IMG/VR virus record: IMGVR_UViG_3300044846_004119 | Location: 1-64,000 of that record | Reading direction: 5' to 3' (one strand) | Length of the DNA stretch: 64,000 nucleotides | From: a virus | Shown here: positions 8,646-20,071 of the stretch, piece by piece | Layout of the letters: every line of letters starts with the position of its first letter | Numbering within the stretch: position 1 is the stretch's first letter | Notes under the pieces: model-generated | The model's input: the letters and a program-made list of their open reading frames with translations, nothing else | Database searches by the model: none | Told to the model about the DNA's origin: nothing | Translations under genes and position numbers: made by a program

Positions 8646-11329
8646 TCTTTTATAAATGTTTTATGTCCTTTATCTATAAGTGATACACCATCAGCTTGAG
8701 TTGTAATACGTTTATTTAAGATTCCCATATTTAATGAATTTTCCCCAAAAATAATATTAAAGAATGTGTCGGCACAATCCCATTTATGATTTCTTAATTT
8801 ATCTTTTAAAAATTCTCTACTTTTTGCGGGAAATAAAATACATTGTAACCCAATAATTTTATCACAGATAAACAGTATGTCTTGGTTAGGTATTTCTCTA
8901 ACAACTAATGATTGGTGCCACCCAAAATCTAATGTTTTAATATCCCCAAATGAAAAATACCGAATATCTTCTTGGTTTATAATTTCACAAGATTGTTTCA
9001 CTTTCTCAATAAACTCATTAATCGGCACCTCAATTAAACAATCTCCCTCACAAACCATTAAGAAATCTAAATCATTGTCGAACTCAGATAAAATACCGTT
9101 TTTGAATGAATCAAAACACCCGTAATGTGCTGGTGTTAAAGCGTACCCATATTCAGTGTCCGTTTCGTCATATTGGTCCATTCTAACGTTATGAGGTCTA
9201 ACACAATTATGTGATGGTGGTAATGACGTATACAATTCATTGGTATGTAAAACATACTTGATTCCATAAGGAATTACTTGTTGTACCGACTCTCTGGAAA
9301 GAATTTCTCTTTCATCATTATTAGTTGTTTGTAAATGAACTAATTTGATTTTAGGTAGTTTTTTATATTTGAACCATCCGTTGTTTTTATAACTGATAAC
9401 GGTTTCATTATTTAATACATATGACTCTATTTTATACTGAATACCACCCTCAAAAAAAGTTAGTTTAATTTCAGTGGGATTTCCATCAAAATCAATCTCC
9501 TTTAAGAATTCACGATTATTAAGAATATTAAACGATTTTGAATAAATGGTTTCATTATTTTTATTAATCTCAACATTAACGGTTCTATCATCAATATTAT
9601 ATGTAAAGAAATAAAATACCCATTTATTTTGTGTGTTTAATATTGGTAGTATTGAATAGTATTCTGAGTTAGATGAAACACCTTTACCTGAATTAATTAA
9701 GAACGTGTTTTGTTCATTTGTTATGATATTAACGTTGGTATCATTTATTAATTTTTTATAAAAGAAATCCTCTAAAAAGTTTTGGCAATTATTTATTTCA
9801 CATTCTGATTTATAAATTTCTTTAGTTGTTATATGTGAAAATTTATTTAAAAAGAAATCGGTTTTAAATGTCATTGCGGTAGTTTCAATACCAACATTAG
9901 ATGCTGTAGGTAATGTACACAAGAACGCATCTTTTTCATCCAAAGATTCAAACGATTGATTTACATATTCAATGTCATCATGATGTAATATCACATCGTA
10001 GGTTATATAAAATACTTTATTAAAATTAAAATCTTTAGCGGATTTAAACCCATTAATTAAATTAGTTAAAACAGGTAACGATTGGTTAGTATCTTTTAAT
10101 CCATTAATATTAATCTCAACATCAAACTCTGGTTTATAATTATAAAACTTAGTATAGTAAGAATGTTCAGTTGTTGGGTTATTTGAATCAAAAATATAAT
10201 AGTCCACCATTTTTTGAATCTCATCCGATACTGGATAATGAGAAACCAACATTACTTTTCTACCTAATTTTTTAACTGACTCAATACACTCAACAGTTAA
10301 TTTTTCACGTGATTTAGTGTTTGGGTAAGTACCGACAATGACCAATTCATTGTTATCGTACTTTTCCTTACGCGGATTTAAAATAGATAATAAATTAGAA
10401 ATGTCAGTATCAACATTACCCGTTAAAAAAGTAATATTTTCGTAATTATCATACTTTCCACAATAAACATCAAGATTATACATCATCATAGGAATCCTAT
10501 ACTCTAACGCCTCTTTCAATGCGATTGGATTTAGTTCTTTATTATGTCTATCACCTTTTGATGGGAATAGGAATAAATCTGACGCCTCAATAAACGACGG
10601 TACATCTTTTCTTTCACTCCAGATAACACAGTTATCCGGTTTATTATTAATTAAAGGTTCCCAATAAGATTTAAAATTATCCGCCTGATTACCTAAGAAA
10701 TGAAATTTTATTTTATAATCTTTTAATTTATGAGCAATTTCAAAAATATAAGATTGATTTTTTCTTGATGTAAAAAGGCCAACATTTAATACGTGTTTAT
10801 ATGATGGGTCAAAACCGAGCAAATCTTGGTTTTGTTTTTTATTCTTATCTTTATAGTCGACAGGATATTCAACTATTTCATATGGGATATCATATATCGA
10901 ATACCTAAAGGCATTAAACGCACTAACAAAAATAAATTTATCAGGAAACCATCTTTTAGATGACACAGGAAAACTTGAGTCGTGTGTTGTCTCTAATATA
11001 GTATAGGCTCTACCCTCTCGATATAATTCTTTTGTGACAGAGTCATCCATGAAAAATTCAGGGAATTCTTCCATACTAACAACATCAGGTTTAAACTCAT
11101 TAACAATTCTAATTAACTCGTTTTTATCCTCCCCTAATGAATGAAAATTATTACCTAACAAATTTTGTATTTGATTTCTTTGGACAACGTAAGACCACGC
11201 AACAAATGCGTACTCAACGCACTTAATTTCATATTCATCGTTTATTAATTGTATTTTATTTAAAGTTACTTGAGGCGCACCACCAGTGCTTAAATGAGGG
11301 GAAATTACTAATATTTTTTTCTTTTCCAT
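8642..11329 (-). CDS. Multidomain glycosyltransferase: GT4 + GT-A-like domain + GT25-like C-terminus
   Basis: HLSTGGAPQV, VLNVGLFTSRKNQ, ASDLFLFPS...ELNPIALKEAL (GT4). C-term TPAHYGCFDSF...FLMVCEGD is reminiscent of GT25 GC..SH / EDD motifs. Confidence 0.75.
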   Translation of the reverse strand: MEKKKILVISPHLSTGGAPQVTLNKIQLINDEYEIKCVEYAFVAWSYVVQRNQIQNLLGNNFHSLGEDKNELIRIVNEFKPDVVSMEEFPEFFMDDSVTKELYREGRAYTILETTHDSSFPVSSKRWFPDKFIFVSAFNAFRYSIYDIPYEIVEYPVDYKDKNKKQNQDLLGFDPSYKHVLNVGLFTSRKNQSYIFEIAHKLKDYKIKFHFLGNQADNFKSYWEPLINNKPDNCVIWSERKDVPSFIEASDLFLFPSKGDRHNKELNPIALKEALEYRIPMMMYNLDVYCGKYDNYENITFLTGNVDTDISNLLSILNPRKEKYDNNELVIVGTYPNTKSREKLTVECIESVKKLGRKVMLVSHYPVSDEIQKMVDYYIFDSNNPTTEHSYYTKFYNYKPEFDVEININGLKDTNQSLPVLTNLINGFKSAKDFNFNKVFYITYDVILHHDDIEYVNQSFESLDEKDAFLCTLPTASNVGIETTAMTFKTDFFLNKFSHITTKEIYKSECEINNCQNFLEDFFYKKLINDTNVNIITNEQNTFLINSGKGVSSNSEYYSILPILNTQNKWVFYFFTYNIDDRTVNVEINKNNETIYSKSFNILNNREFLKEIDFDGNPTEIKLTFFEGGIQYKIESYVLNNETVISYKNNGWFKYKKLPKIKLVHLQTTNNDEREILSRESVQQVIPYGIKYVLHTNELYTSLPPSHNCVRPHNVRMDQYDETDTEYGYALTPAHYGCFDSFKNGILSEFDNDLDFLMVCEGDCLIEVPINEFIEKVKQSCEIINQEDIRYFSFGDIKTLDFGWHQSLVVREIPNQDILFICDKIIGLQCILFPAKSREFLKDKLRNHKWDCADTFFNIIFGENSLNMGILNKRITTQADGVSLIDKGHKTFIKE

Positions 11330-11331
11330 TG

Positions 11332-12282
11332 TTATATTAAATTGTTGTTATAAGCGTAGATTAATCCAATATCATTAGACCCAAAAGTGTCTTCAATTAT
11401 AAAGTGGTTTAATTTTAATATTTCAATAACCTCATCATAAATTTCTCTTGAGTGGTATTCCATGGCAATCTTACCAACATTGTTTTGTAAGTATTCTTTA
11501 TTGATAGTACGGAATAAATCTAATTCACCCCCTTCACAGTCGACTTTTAAGAAATCTATTCGAGGAATATCATAATCAGATATTAATTGATTAATGGTGG
11601 TTGTCTCAACAATTTCTTCACCAATAACACTTGATGGGCGAAACCCGTTTTTATTTTTTTGTGAAAAATTATTACCATTAACTTCGGTAATCATAAATTT
11701 TTCAAAACCGTTTTCACTACTAATTGATTTATTAATACAAGTTACATTATATTCTAAAAGATTTTGTTTCATACTCTTAAAGGTTGCTTTTAGAGGTTCA
11801 ACGGCATAAACTTTTTTTGGATTAAACATTTGTGAGTATAATGAGAAAACCCCATAATTAGCTCCAATGTCAACAACAACATCATTAATATTAAGTCTAA
11901 CAAAATCTCTTTCGTATACTTTATCATAAAAGATTTCTGTGACAATTGGGAATAAATCATCCCCCAAATGAGATAATTTAACTTGTTTTGAGTTAATTAC
12001 TAAAAATCTATTTTGACCAAATAGTTTTAATTCCTGAGAATATTGTAGGTCACCATACATAATTGATAAGGTTATGTTTCTAAGTCTTTTCGCGTTAGAT
12101 TCACCAGTTGATATCCACCAATTGGTTCCTTTTTGTAACCCCATGTTTGATTTGTGTACGGTTAACCCCGTATTGTCATCGATAATTGAGACCTCGTATG
12201 TTTCTTTTATGTCATCACCATTAAAGTCAAAATGGATTACGCCATTTTCTTCAATATTAGTTACTGTAAAAATATTATTCAT
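11332..12282 (-). CDS. FkbM-family methyltransferase
   Basis: VVVDIGANYGVFS, VYAVEP, IDFLKVDCEGGE, IAMEYH. Confidence 0.9.
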   Translation of the reverse strand: MNNIFTVTNIEENGVIHFDFNGDDIKETYEVSIIDDNTGLTVHKSNMGLQKGTNWWISTGESNAKRLRNITLSIMYGDLQYSQELKLFGQNRFLVINSKQVKLSHLGDDLFPIVTEIFYDKVYERDFVRLNINDVVVDIGANYGVFSLYSQMFNPKKVYAVEPLKATFKSMKQNLLEYNVTCINKSISSENGFEKFMITEVNGNNFSQKNKNGFRPSSVIGEEIVETTTINQLISDYDIPRIDFLKVDCEGGELDLFRTINKEYLQNNVGKIAMEYHSREIYDEVIEILKLNHFIIEDTFGSNDIGLIYAYNNNLI

Positions 12283-12283
12283 A

Positions 12284-12439
12284 TTATATGTGTATAAATT
12301 CGTTATGGATTATTTGTTTGTTTAATGTCACCTCAACTCTAAATTTTTTGAACTCATTTTTTAAGTTTATCCAAGGACGTAAACACTCATCAATATATTC
12401 TTCGGAGTTGTATACCGAAAGTAATATTCCTATTTTCAT
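12284..12439 (-). pseudogene. 51-aa remnant beginning with a GT2-type N-terminus
   Basis: Hand translation: MKIGILLSVYNSEEYIDECLRPWINLKNEFKKFRVEVTLNKQIIHNEFIHI*. The ATG overlaps the TGA of the GT9 gene; the GT2-like strand-1/YN.E..I.ECL motif stops abruptly. Confidence 0.6.
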
Positions 12440-13377
12440 ATAATTTCTAAAATTTTATTAAACACTTGGTCAACCGATGGATGACATTCAAATGTGGGTT
12501 TATTTTCCAAACAATTAATTAATGGAGGCACTCCTTGAATATCTCCCCATTCCTTCACCCCATATTTCATATCAGAACCGCAGAACAAACTACACCCACC
12601 ACCAACATAATGGTATTTATAATCTTGGGAACCGTTTCGATACGGAGCTCTAAATTCTTTGTTAATTGAGCTACCTAATTGTAAAATATTAGAATCGGTT
12701 GTTCCGGCTAAGTGTAATAAACCCGAATCCATTGTGATAAAACACATTGATTTATCAATCAAATGCCATGACTGACTTAATGTTGTTTTATTCATTAGGT
12801 TAATTCCGTTTTTGATTTCAAAATTAAAGATTGGTTTCTTAACATTAAAAAATCCTACTTCGCTAGATTCTTTTCCTATTGAAACAACACTAATGTTTTG
12901 TTCATTTAATCTTTTAGTTAACTCCATCCATTTAACCGCATCCCATGTTCTACTTGGCCAGTTTTGTACAGGATGAATTAGTACGTATTTATCAGGTAAC
13001 TTATTAATTGGTTCGAAAGTGTCGGGAATATAATCCAACCCCATCTCATCTTTAGTTAACATAAACCCAAGTTTAATTGCGTGATATTGTCTTATGTCTA
13101 TTCTATTATGTTTGAACTCAATACCCTTATTATTTTTTTGACCATTTTCATAAAATGAATTATGAGATATAAAATTTGAATTTATAAAGTCTCGATTAAT
13201 TGAACTTGATTGGTATACCTTTTCAACCAACGGATTATTCTTAAATAACTCAGGAAAATCTGTTACAACAATAATTTTTGAGTTATACGAGTCATATAAT
13301 TTTCTAAGGACAGGTGTGGAACATAAAGTATCCCCAATGGCCTTTGCTTCTGTTAAATCAAGACATATTTTTTTCAT
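12436..13377 (-). CDS. GT9-family (heptosyltransferase-like) glycosyltransferase
   Basis: AIGDTLCSTPVLRKL, YVLIHP...WPSRTW...W, FITMDSGLLHLAGT, Cys-rich C-terminus (CSLFC...NC...FECHP). Confidence 0.85.
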   Translation of the reverse strand: MKKICLDLTEAKAIGDTLCSTPVLRKLYDSYNSKIIVVTDFPELFKNNPLVEKVYQSSSINRDFINSNFISHNSFYENGQKNNKGIEFKHNRIDIRQYHAIKLGFMLTKDEMGLDYIPDTFEPINKLPDKYVLIHPVQNWPSRTWDAVKWMELTKRLNEQNISVVSIGKESSEVGFFNVKKPIFNFEIKNGINLMNKTTLSQSWHLIDKSMCFITMDSGLLHLAGTTDSNILQLGSSINKEFRAPYRNGSQDYKYHYVGGGCSLFCGSDMKYGVKEWGDIQGVPPLINCLENKPTFECHPSVDQVFNKILEII

Positions 13378-13468
13378 ATGTAAAATATAAAATAAAAAGG
13401 GATAAAATACAGATTAAAGTTTGTTTACTTCACTTTAAGGTAAATGAATTTTCATAGTATTTATTGTA
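13378..13468. promoter_or_regulatory. Divergent intergenic control region of the glycosylation island
   Basis: 91 bp between oppositely oriented operons; TATTTAT at 13458-13464, 4 nt before the mucin ATG. Confidence 0.55.
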
Positions 13469-16400
13469 ATGACGAGTCTTGTAATAACTAGTTTGAGTGG
13501 GGTTGGCCCTTTTACCGTAACATTATGCGATATAACTAACACGTATTGTTATATTGTTGCGACTAATGTAACAACCACTCCATTACTAGTTAATATACCA
13601 ATACAGTTAACCAATGTTCAACAAATATTGGTTAATGTTACCGATTCCTATAATTGCGTTGATTTACAATTATATAGTTGCCCTGAACCAACACCAACAT
13701 CAACAATAACCCCAACACCAACACAAACCTTAGGGGGATGTAATTGTATTACATTTACAAACTCAACACTGTTTAACCTTAATTTTGGGTTAGCCGAATG
13801 TAACGGAATTATATTATCGTCAGTAATAAATCCTGGTGTAACTTTGTATTATTGTGGACAATCCCCATATGGGGATGTAGGTGTCGGTATTAATGTTGGT
13901 AATATTTGTATTAATACATGTTATCCACCGACAAATACTCCTACACCAACAAATACACCAACATCTGTAACACCAACACCTACACCAACTAACACACCTA
14001 CACAAACTGAAACTCCAACAAATACGCCAACTAACACCCAAACGCCAACTAACACGCCAACTTCAACTGAAACTCCAACTAATACCCCAACTAATACACC
14101 TACACCAACACCAACTGAAACTCCGACTGAAACTCCGACTGAAACTCCGACAAATACACCAACTGAAACACCAACACCAACTGAAACACCAACACCAACT
14201 GAAACACCATCCCAAACACCTACACAAACACCGACTAACACACCAACAAACACACCAACACCAGGATTATCACCAACCACAACCCCAACTAACACTCAAA
14301 CACCAACAAATACACCAACAAATACAGTAACACCAACTAACACTCCAACTCCAACCCAAACACCGACAAATACACCAACACCAGGATTATCACCAACCAC
14401 AACCCCAACTAACACTCAAACTCCAACCCAAACACCAACAAATACAGTAACACCAACTAACACTTCAAGTCCAACCCAAACACCGACAAATACACCAACA
14501 CCAGGATTATCACCAACCACAACCCCAACTAACACTCCAACACCAACTGAAACACCAACAAATACCCCAACGCCAACTGAAACGCCAACAAATACCCCAA
14601 CTGAAACGCCAACAAATACCCCAACTGAAACGCCAACTGAAACGCCAACTAACACTCCTACCCCAACAAACACACCAACGCCAGGATTATCACCAACCAC
14701 AACCCCAACTAACACTCCAACTCCAACCCAAACACCAACAAATACACCAACAAATACAGTAACACCAACTAACACTCCAACTCCAACCCAAACACCGACA
14801 AATACACCAACAAGTACACCGACGGTAACTCCGACAAATACTCCAACTAAAACTCCGACAAATACTCCTACCCCAACAAATACAGTAACACCAGGATTAT
14901 CACCAACCACAACCCCAACTAACACCCCAACACCTACATCAACCCAAACACCAACAAATACCCCAACCCAAACACCTACCAACACACCAACAAATACCCA
15001 AACTCCAACAAATACCACAACCCAAACACCTACCAACACGCCGACAAATACTCCAACTCAAACACCAACACCAGGATTATCACCAACCACAACCTCAACT
15101 AACACTCCAACACCAACTGAAACTCCAACTAAAACGCCGACAAATACTCCAACAAGTACTCCAACTGAAACTCCAACTAACACACCTACACAAACTCCAA
15201 CAAATACAGTAACACCAACAAATACAGTAACACCAACAAATACTCCTACGACAACAAATACAGTAACACCAACAAATACTGTAACCCCAACAAATACAGT
15301 AACACCAACTAAAACTCCGACAAATACACCAACTAAAACACCAACTAAAACCCCAACTAAAACTCCAACCCAAACTCCAACACCAACTAAAACTCCAACC
15401 CAAACCCAAACTCCAACCCAAACTCCAACTCCTACATCAACGTATATTCCGTCTTGGGACTGTAATGGTATTTATTGTTTTGACCCAGGTGATGGTACAG
15501 GATATTTCTCTACATTTGAAGAGTGTGACAGTATATGTAACACTTATGATTGTGTCGAGGGTAATTGTGAACAAAATTTCACTGGTGAGGGAGAATATGT
15601 TGGTATAATTGAGTGTTTAACTTTTTGTTTACCAACACCAACTCCAACCCAAACACCAACTAATACTCCAACAAATACTCCAACGCCAACTGAAACACCA
15701 ACTAATACTCCAACAAATACTCCAACGCCAACTCAAACACCAACGACAACTGAAACGCCAACCCAAACGCCAACCCAAACGCCAACTAACACTTCAACAC
15801 CAACTAACACTCCAACACCAACTGAAACGCCAACCCAAACGCCAACTAACACTTCAACACCAACTAACACTCCAACACCAACTGAAACACCAACTAATAC
15901 TCCAACAAATACTCCAACGCCAACCCAAACACCAACTAACACTCCAACGCCAACTAACACTCCAACACCAACTGAAACGCCAACCCAAACACCAACAAAC
16001 ACTCCAACACCAACTAATACTCCAACACCAACTGAAACTCCAACCCAAACACCAACAAATACCCCAACACCAACTGAAACGCCAACAAATACCCCAACAC
16101 CAACTGAAACGCCAACAAATACTCCAACTGAAACACCAACTGAAACGCCAACAAATACTCCAACTGAAACACCAACTAACACTCCAACCCAAACTAACAC
16201 ACCAAGTCCAACTGAAACTCCAACAAATACTCCAACTGAAACACCAACAAATACTCCTACCCCAACTGAAACTCCAACAAATACCCCAACTGAAACTCCA
16301 ACAAATACTCCAACTGAAACTCCAACAAATACGCCCACCCCAACTGAAACTCCAACAAATACCCCAACTGAAACTCCAACAAATACTCCAACTGAAACTC

Positions 16401-18733
16401 CGACCCAAACTCCGACCCAAACACCAACTGAAACTCCGACAAATACTCCAACTGAAACTCCAACAAATACGCCCACACCAACTAACACGCCAACACCAAC
16501 AGTTACGCCAACACCAACTAACACTCCAACACCAACTGAAACGCCAACAAATACCCCAACTGAAACACCAACAAATACTCCAACTGAAACACCAACAAAT
16601 ACTCCAACTGAAACGCCAACAAATACTCCAACTGAAACTCCAACAAATACTCCAACTGAAACCCCAACAAATACTCCAACAAATACTCCAACTGAAACTC
16701 CAACTAACACTCCAACCCCAACTGAAACTCCAACAAATACTCCAACTGAAACGCCAACTAACACTCCAACCCAAACTGAAACACCAACAAATACGCCAAC
16801 AAATACTCCAACGCCAACTAACACTCCAACCCCAACTGAAACACCAACAAATACCCCAACTAACACTCCAACACCAACTCAAACGCCTACACCAACTAAC
16901 ACTCCGACACCAACAGTCACACTTGGGTTAACTCCAACACCAACAAATACTTCAACCCCGACAAATACTATAACGCCAACAAATACCCCTACAACAACAA
17001 ATACTCCAACCCAAACACCGACTAACACCCCAACCCCAACAAATACACCAACCCAAACATCAACTAACACCCCAACCCAAACTAACACTCCGACAAATAC
17101 TCCAACTCAAACTCCAACAAATACTCCAACAAATACTCTAACACCAACACCAACAAATACACCAACAAATACAACAACAAATACACCAACAAATACTGTG
17201 ACTCCAACCCAAACACCAACTAACACTCCAACCCAAACACCAACTAACACTCCAACACCAACAAATACACCAACTCAAACACCGACAAATACTCCGACAA
17301 ATACTGTAACTAACACCCAAACACCAACAAATACACCAACAAATACACCAACTCAAACACCAACTGAAACTCCAACAAATACTCCGACAAATACTGTAAC
17401 TAACACCCAAACACCAACAAATACGCCAACAAATACTGTGACTAACACCCCAACTGAAACTCCAACAAATACGCCAACCCAAACTAACACTCCAACTAAT
17501 ACTGTAACACCAACAGTTACACCAACATCACCGCCAGAATTACCAATTTATACTGGTGAAACTGTTTGTGATATTCCATATAACATTAACACAGGGATTA
17601 CAGGTTCTTGGCAGATTACAGTTCAGTTAGGTTCGTATACGGGAACCGTTGCCTGTACTTTTAATGCATATCAGGTACCAGATAAGTTCCAAGTTTTTTG
17701 GGATGGGAATTTGGTTATTGATACAGGGTTTAGGGGTAACGCCATTTTTAATTCACAATTAAATGCCTTAGGATATCCAAGTGTTGTAGGTACAGGTTTT
17801 GTTACTGCTTCTTGGACTAAATTAACAGCGTTTCCTGATTTCGCAACAGTTGTGGTTACCGCTCCTATTGATTCAACTAGATTTTATTTTAAATTGGGTT
17901 GTCCGGCTGTAACACCAACACCAACGGTAACCCCAACCCACACACCAGCACCAACAAATACCCCAACTAATACTCCAACACCTACACCTTTACCGATAAT
18001 ACCACTATGTTCTGTATTAATTAATGGGGGTACTGACGTATCCGCCTATTTTCCATCATCAAATACTAACGTATTGTTAGGTAATTCTTTTACTTTTTCC
18101 CCAGATATTGCACATACAACAACTAAACTATGGTTGTATGATGGGACAATTCTAGAATATGACATAACATTAAGTCCTTGGTCGGCAACGTTCAACAGAA
18201 CTATCGAATACCCTTTAGGTGTTAATTTAGGGAATGGTTTAGGCTCCATTACCAACACTGAGTTAATCTCAACAGACGATACAGTAACACCTAATCAAAT
18301 AATTGTTTTAGATATTACCACAAGTACCGCAGTCTCAACTGTAATTGGAACACTAGGGGTTGGTAGGTATGTTTCGGGTGATATTTTATTAACAACTACA
18401 AATAAAATATTAGTTACTAATGAAGGTAATGATGGAGTATTCCTTAGTCAATATAGTTATCCGTCAGGTACTTTTGAAGTTGAGGTCGATATTACGTCAA
18501 CCACAAGCCAACCGTATGGTTTATTTATTGATAGTGGTAATATATATGTTTGTAACAGTGGTGGTGAAATATATAATGTTGATGTTAACTTCCCATACAC
18601 ACAAACATTATCTAATATCTCAGGATTATTTGTTGGAGGAGCATCTCAAGTACCAAGTTGTTGTGATACTAACCTAAACTTACCACCAACTCCTACACCA
18701 ACAAATACTCCAACACCTACACCAATCGCATAA
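13469..18733 (+). CDS. Mucin-like Thr-Pro repeat protein with interspersed Cys-containing globular domains (probable virion surface fibre)
   Basis: 1754 aa; about 1150 aa of [11 protein letters not shown] repeats; N-terminal Cys-rich domains, a central Cys doublet, a beta-sandwich-like domain and a C-terminal propeller-like domain. Confidence 0.9.
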   Translation: MTSLVITSLSGVGPFTVTLCDITNTYCYIVATNVTTTPLLVNIPIQLTNVQQILVNVTDSYNCVDLQLYSCPEPTPTSTITPTPTQTLGGCNCITFTNSTLFNLNFGLAECNGIILSSVINPGVTLYYCGQSPYGDVGVGINVGNICINTCYPPTNTPTPTNTPTSVTPTPTPTNTPTQTETPTNTPTNTQTPTNTPTSTETPTNTPTNTPTPTPTETPTETPTETPTNTPTETPTPTETPTPTETPSQTPTQTPTNTPTNTPTPGLSPTTTPTNTQTPTNTPTNTVTPTNTPTPTQTPTNTPTPGLSPTTTPTNTQTPTQTPTNTVTPTNTSSPTQTPTNTPTPGLSPTTTPTNTPTPTETPTNTPTPTETPTNTPTETPTNTPTETPTETPTNTPTPTNTPTPGLSPTTTPTNTPTPTQTPTNTPTNTVTPTNTPTPTQTPTNTPTSTPTVTPTNTPTKTPTNTPTPTNTVTPGLSPTTTPTNTPTPTSTQTPTNTPTQTPTNTPTNTQTPTNTTTQTPTNTPTNTPTQTPTPGLSPTTTSTNTPTPTETPTKTPTNTPTSTPTETPTNTPTQTPTNTVTPTNTVTPTNTPTTTNTVTPTNTVTPTNTVTPTKTPTNTPTKTPTKTPTKTPTQTPTPTKTPTQTQTPTQTPTPTSTYIPSWDCNGIYCFDPGDGTGYFSTFEECDSICNTYDCVEGNCEQNFTGEGEYVGIIECLTFCLPTPTPTQTPTNTPTNTPTPTETPTNTPTNTPTPTQTPTTTETPTQTPTQTPTNTSTPTNTPTPTETPTQTPTNTSTPTNTPTPTETPTNTPTNTPTPTQTPTNTPTPTNTPTPTETPTQTPTNTPTPTNTPTPTETPTQTPTNTPTPTETPTNTPTPTETPTNTPTETPTETPTNTPTETPTNTPTQTNTPSPTETPTNTPTETPTNTPTPTETPTNTPTETPTNTPTETPTNTPTPTETPTNTPTETPTNTPTETPTQTPTQTPTETPTNTPTETPTNTPTPTNTPTPTVTPTPTNTPTPTETPTNTPTETPTNTPTETPTNTPTETPTNTPTETPTNTPTETPTNTPTNTPTETPTNTPTPTETPTNTPTETPTNTPTQTETPTNTPTNTPTPTNTPTPTETPTNTPTNTPTPTQTPTPTNTPTPTVTLGLTPTPTNTSTPTNTITPTNTPTTTNTPTQTPTNTPTPTNTPTQTSTNTPTQTNTPTNTPTQTPTNTPTNTLTPTPTNTPTNTTTNTPTNTVTPTQTPTNTPTQTPTNTPTPTNTPTQTPTNTPTNTVTNTQTPTNTPTNTPTQTPTETPTNTPTNTVTNTQTPTNTPTNTVTNTPTETPTNTPTQTNTPTNTVTPTVTPTSPPELPIYTGETVCDIPYNINTGITGSWQITVQLGSYTGTVACTFNAYQVPDKFQVFWDGNLVIDTGFRGNAIFNSQLNALGYPSVVGTGFVTASWTKLTAFPDFATVVVTAPIDSTRFYFKLGCPAVTPTPTVTPTHTPAPTNTPTNTPTPTPLPIIPLCSVLINGGTDVSAYFPSSNTNVLLGNSFTFSPDIAHTTTKLWLYDGTILEYDITLSPWSATFNRTIEYPLGVNLGNGLGSITNTELISTDDTVTPNQIIVLDITTSTAVSTVIGTLGVGRYVSGDILLTTTNKILVTNEGNDGVFLSQYSYPSGTFEVEVDITSTTSQPYGLFIDSGNIYVCNSGGEIYNVDVNFPYTQTLSNISGLFVGGASQVPSCCDTNLNLPPTPTPTNTPTPTPIA
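13925..17530 (+). repeat. Thr-Pro coding microsatellite tracts (13925-15440 and 15631-17530)
   Basis: ACN-CCN dinucleotide-codon repeats with AAY/GAA/CAA spacers; the block ccaggattatcaccaaccacaac occurs at 14261, 14381, 14501, 14681, 14891 and 15071. Confidence 0.95.
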
Positions 18734-18821
18734 CCAACAACAGAATTATTCATAAAAAAACTAAAGGGTAATACTTTATTAACAACAAATATTTTTTATA
18801 TTTTATTTAAAAATAAAAACC

Positions 18822-20069
18822 ATGAAAATATTTGTTCAGATAGCCTCTTATCGTGACCCCCAACTTATCCCAACAATCAAATCAATGTTGGAGAATGCCA
18901 AAAACCCAAAAAATTTAGTAATCGGAATTTGTCGTCAATACCATCCTGAGGATGGGTTTGATGATTTATCAGAATATGCTAAAGATAAACGATTTAGAGT
19001 TATTGATGTTTTATATTCTGACGCTAAAGGAGTTTGTTGGGCAAGAAACCAAGTTCAACAATTATATAAAGGCGAAGAATATACCCTACAAATAGACTCC
19101 CATATGAGATTTGAAAAATATTGGGACGACACCTTAATCAAAATGGTTAAACAACTTCAAAAGAAAGGATTTGAGAAACCTTTATTAACAGGATACGTAT
19201 CTTCATTTGACCCGGACAATGACCCGGAAGGCAGAGTTACGGTACCTTGGAGAATGGCTTTTGATAGATTCATTCCTGAAGGGGCGGTATTCTTTTTACC
19301 TGAAACAATTCCTGGATGGGAAACCCTTAAAGAACCGGTTACTTCACGATTTTATTCTGCCCATATGGCATTCACTCTTGGTCAATTTAGTGTTGAAGTT
19401 CAACACGACCCTGAATTTTATTTTCACGGAGAAGAGATATCAATCGCCGTTAGAGCATTCACTCACGGATATGATTTATTCCACCCACATAAAGTTGTGA
19501 TTTGGCACGAATACACCCGTAAAGGTAGAACAAAACAATGGGACGACGATAAAGAGTGGGGAAAGAAAAATGAATTATCCCATAAAAAAAATCGTCAACT
19601 ATTTGGTATGGATGGTGAAGAGGTAACAATGGATTTTAGTTATTATGGATTTGGAACCGAAAGAACTTTAAAAGACTATGAGATTTATTCAGGTCTTAGA
19701 TTTTCAAATAGAGCCGCACAACAATATACTTTAGATAAACATTACGCACCTAATCCAACAATTTATGAAACTGAAGAAGAATGGTTAGCAAGTTACGCCA
19801 CTATTTTTAAACATTGTATTGATGTTGGTTTTACTCAAGTTCCAGAAAATGACTATGATTTTTGGGCGGTAATTTTTGAGGGTAGTAATGGTAATGAGTT
19901 ATATAGGAAAGATGCGGATAAGGAAGAAATTAATCGATTAAAATCTGACAAAGATGGATATTGTAAAATATGGAGAGATTTTCAAACAACTGAGAAACCA
20001 AATAAATGGATTGTATGGCCACATAGTGAGTCTAAAGGTTGGTGTGAGATAATAACAGGTAACTTATAA
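18822..20069 (+). CDS. GT60-family (Skp1 hydroxyproline/polypeptide alpha-GlcNAc transferase-like, Pfam GlcNAc type) glycosyltransferase
   Basis: IFVQIASYRDP, KGVCWARN..Q.LY.GEEYTLQIDSHMRF...WD, FYSAHMAF, HDPEFYFHGEEISIAVRAFTHGYDLFHP...IWHEY. Confidence 0.9.
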   Translation: MKIFVQIASYRDPQLIPTIKSMLENAKNPKNLVIGICRQYHPEDGFDDLSEYAKDKRFRVIDVLYSDAKGVCWARNQVQQLYKGEEYTLQIDSHMRFEKYWDDTLIKMVKQLQKKGFEKPLLTGYVSSFDPDNDPEGRVTVPWRMAFDRFIPEGAVFFLPETIPGWETLKEPVTSRFYSAHMAFTLGQFSVEVQHDPEFYFHGEEISIAVRAFTHGYDLFHPHKVVIWHEYTRKGRTKQWDDDKEWGKKNELSHKKNRQLFGMDGEEVTMDFSYYGFGTERTLKDYEIYSGLRFSNRAAQQYTLDKHYAPNPTIYETEEEWLASYATIFKHCIDVGFTQVPENDYDFWAVIFEGSNGNELYRKDADKEEINRLKSDKDGYCKIWRDFQTTEKPNKWIVWPHSESKGWCEIITGNL

Positions 20070-20071
20070 AA

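Noticed and set aside
13820-17482. Many minus-strand Val-Gly, Trp/Cys and LEFQ ORFs
   Set aside because: Antisense shadows of the stop-poor ACN-CCN repeat; no independent start context or complexity.
13925-17530. Possible CRISPR array or satellite
   Set aside because: No constant repeat with unique spacers; all units keep the reading frame of one protein.
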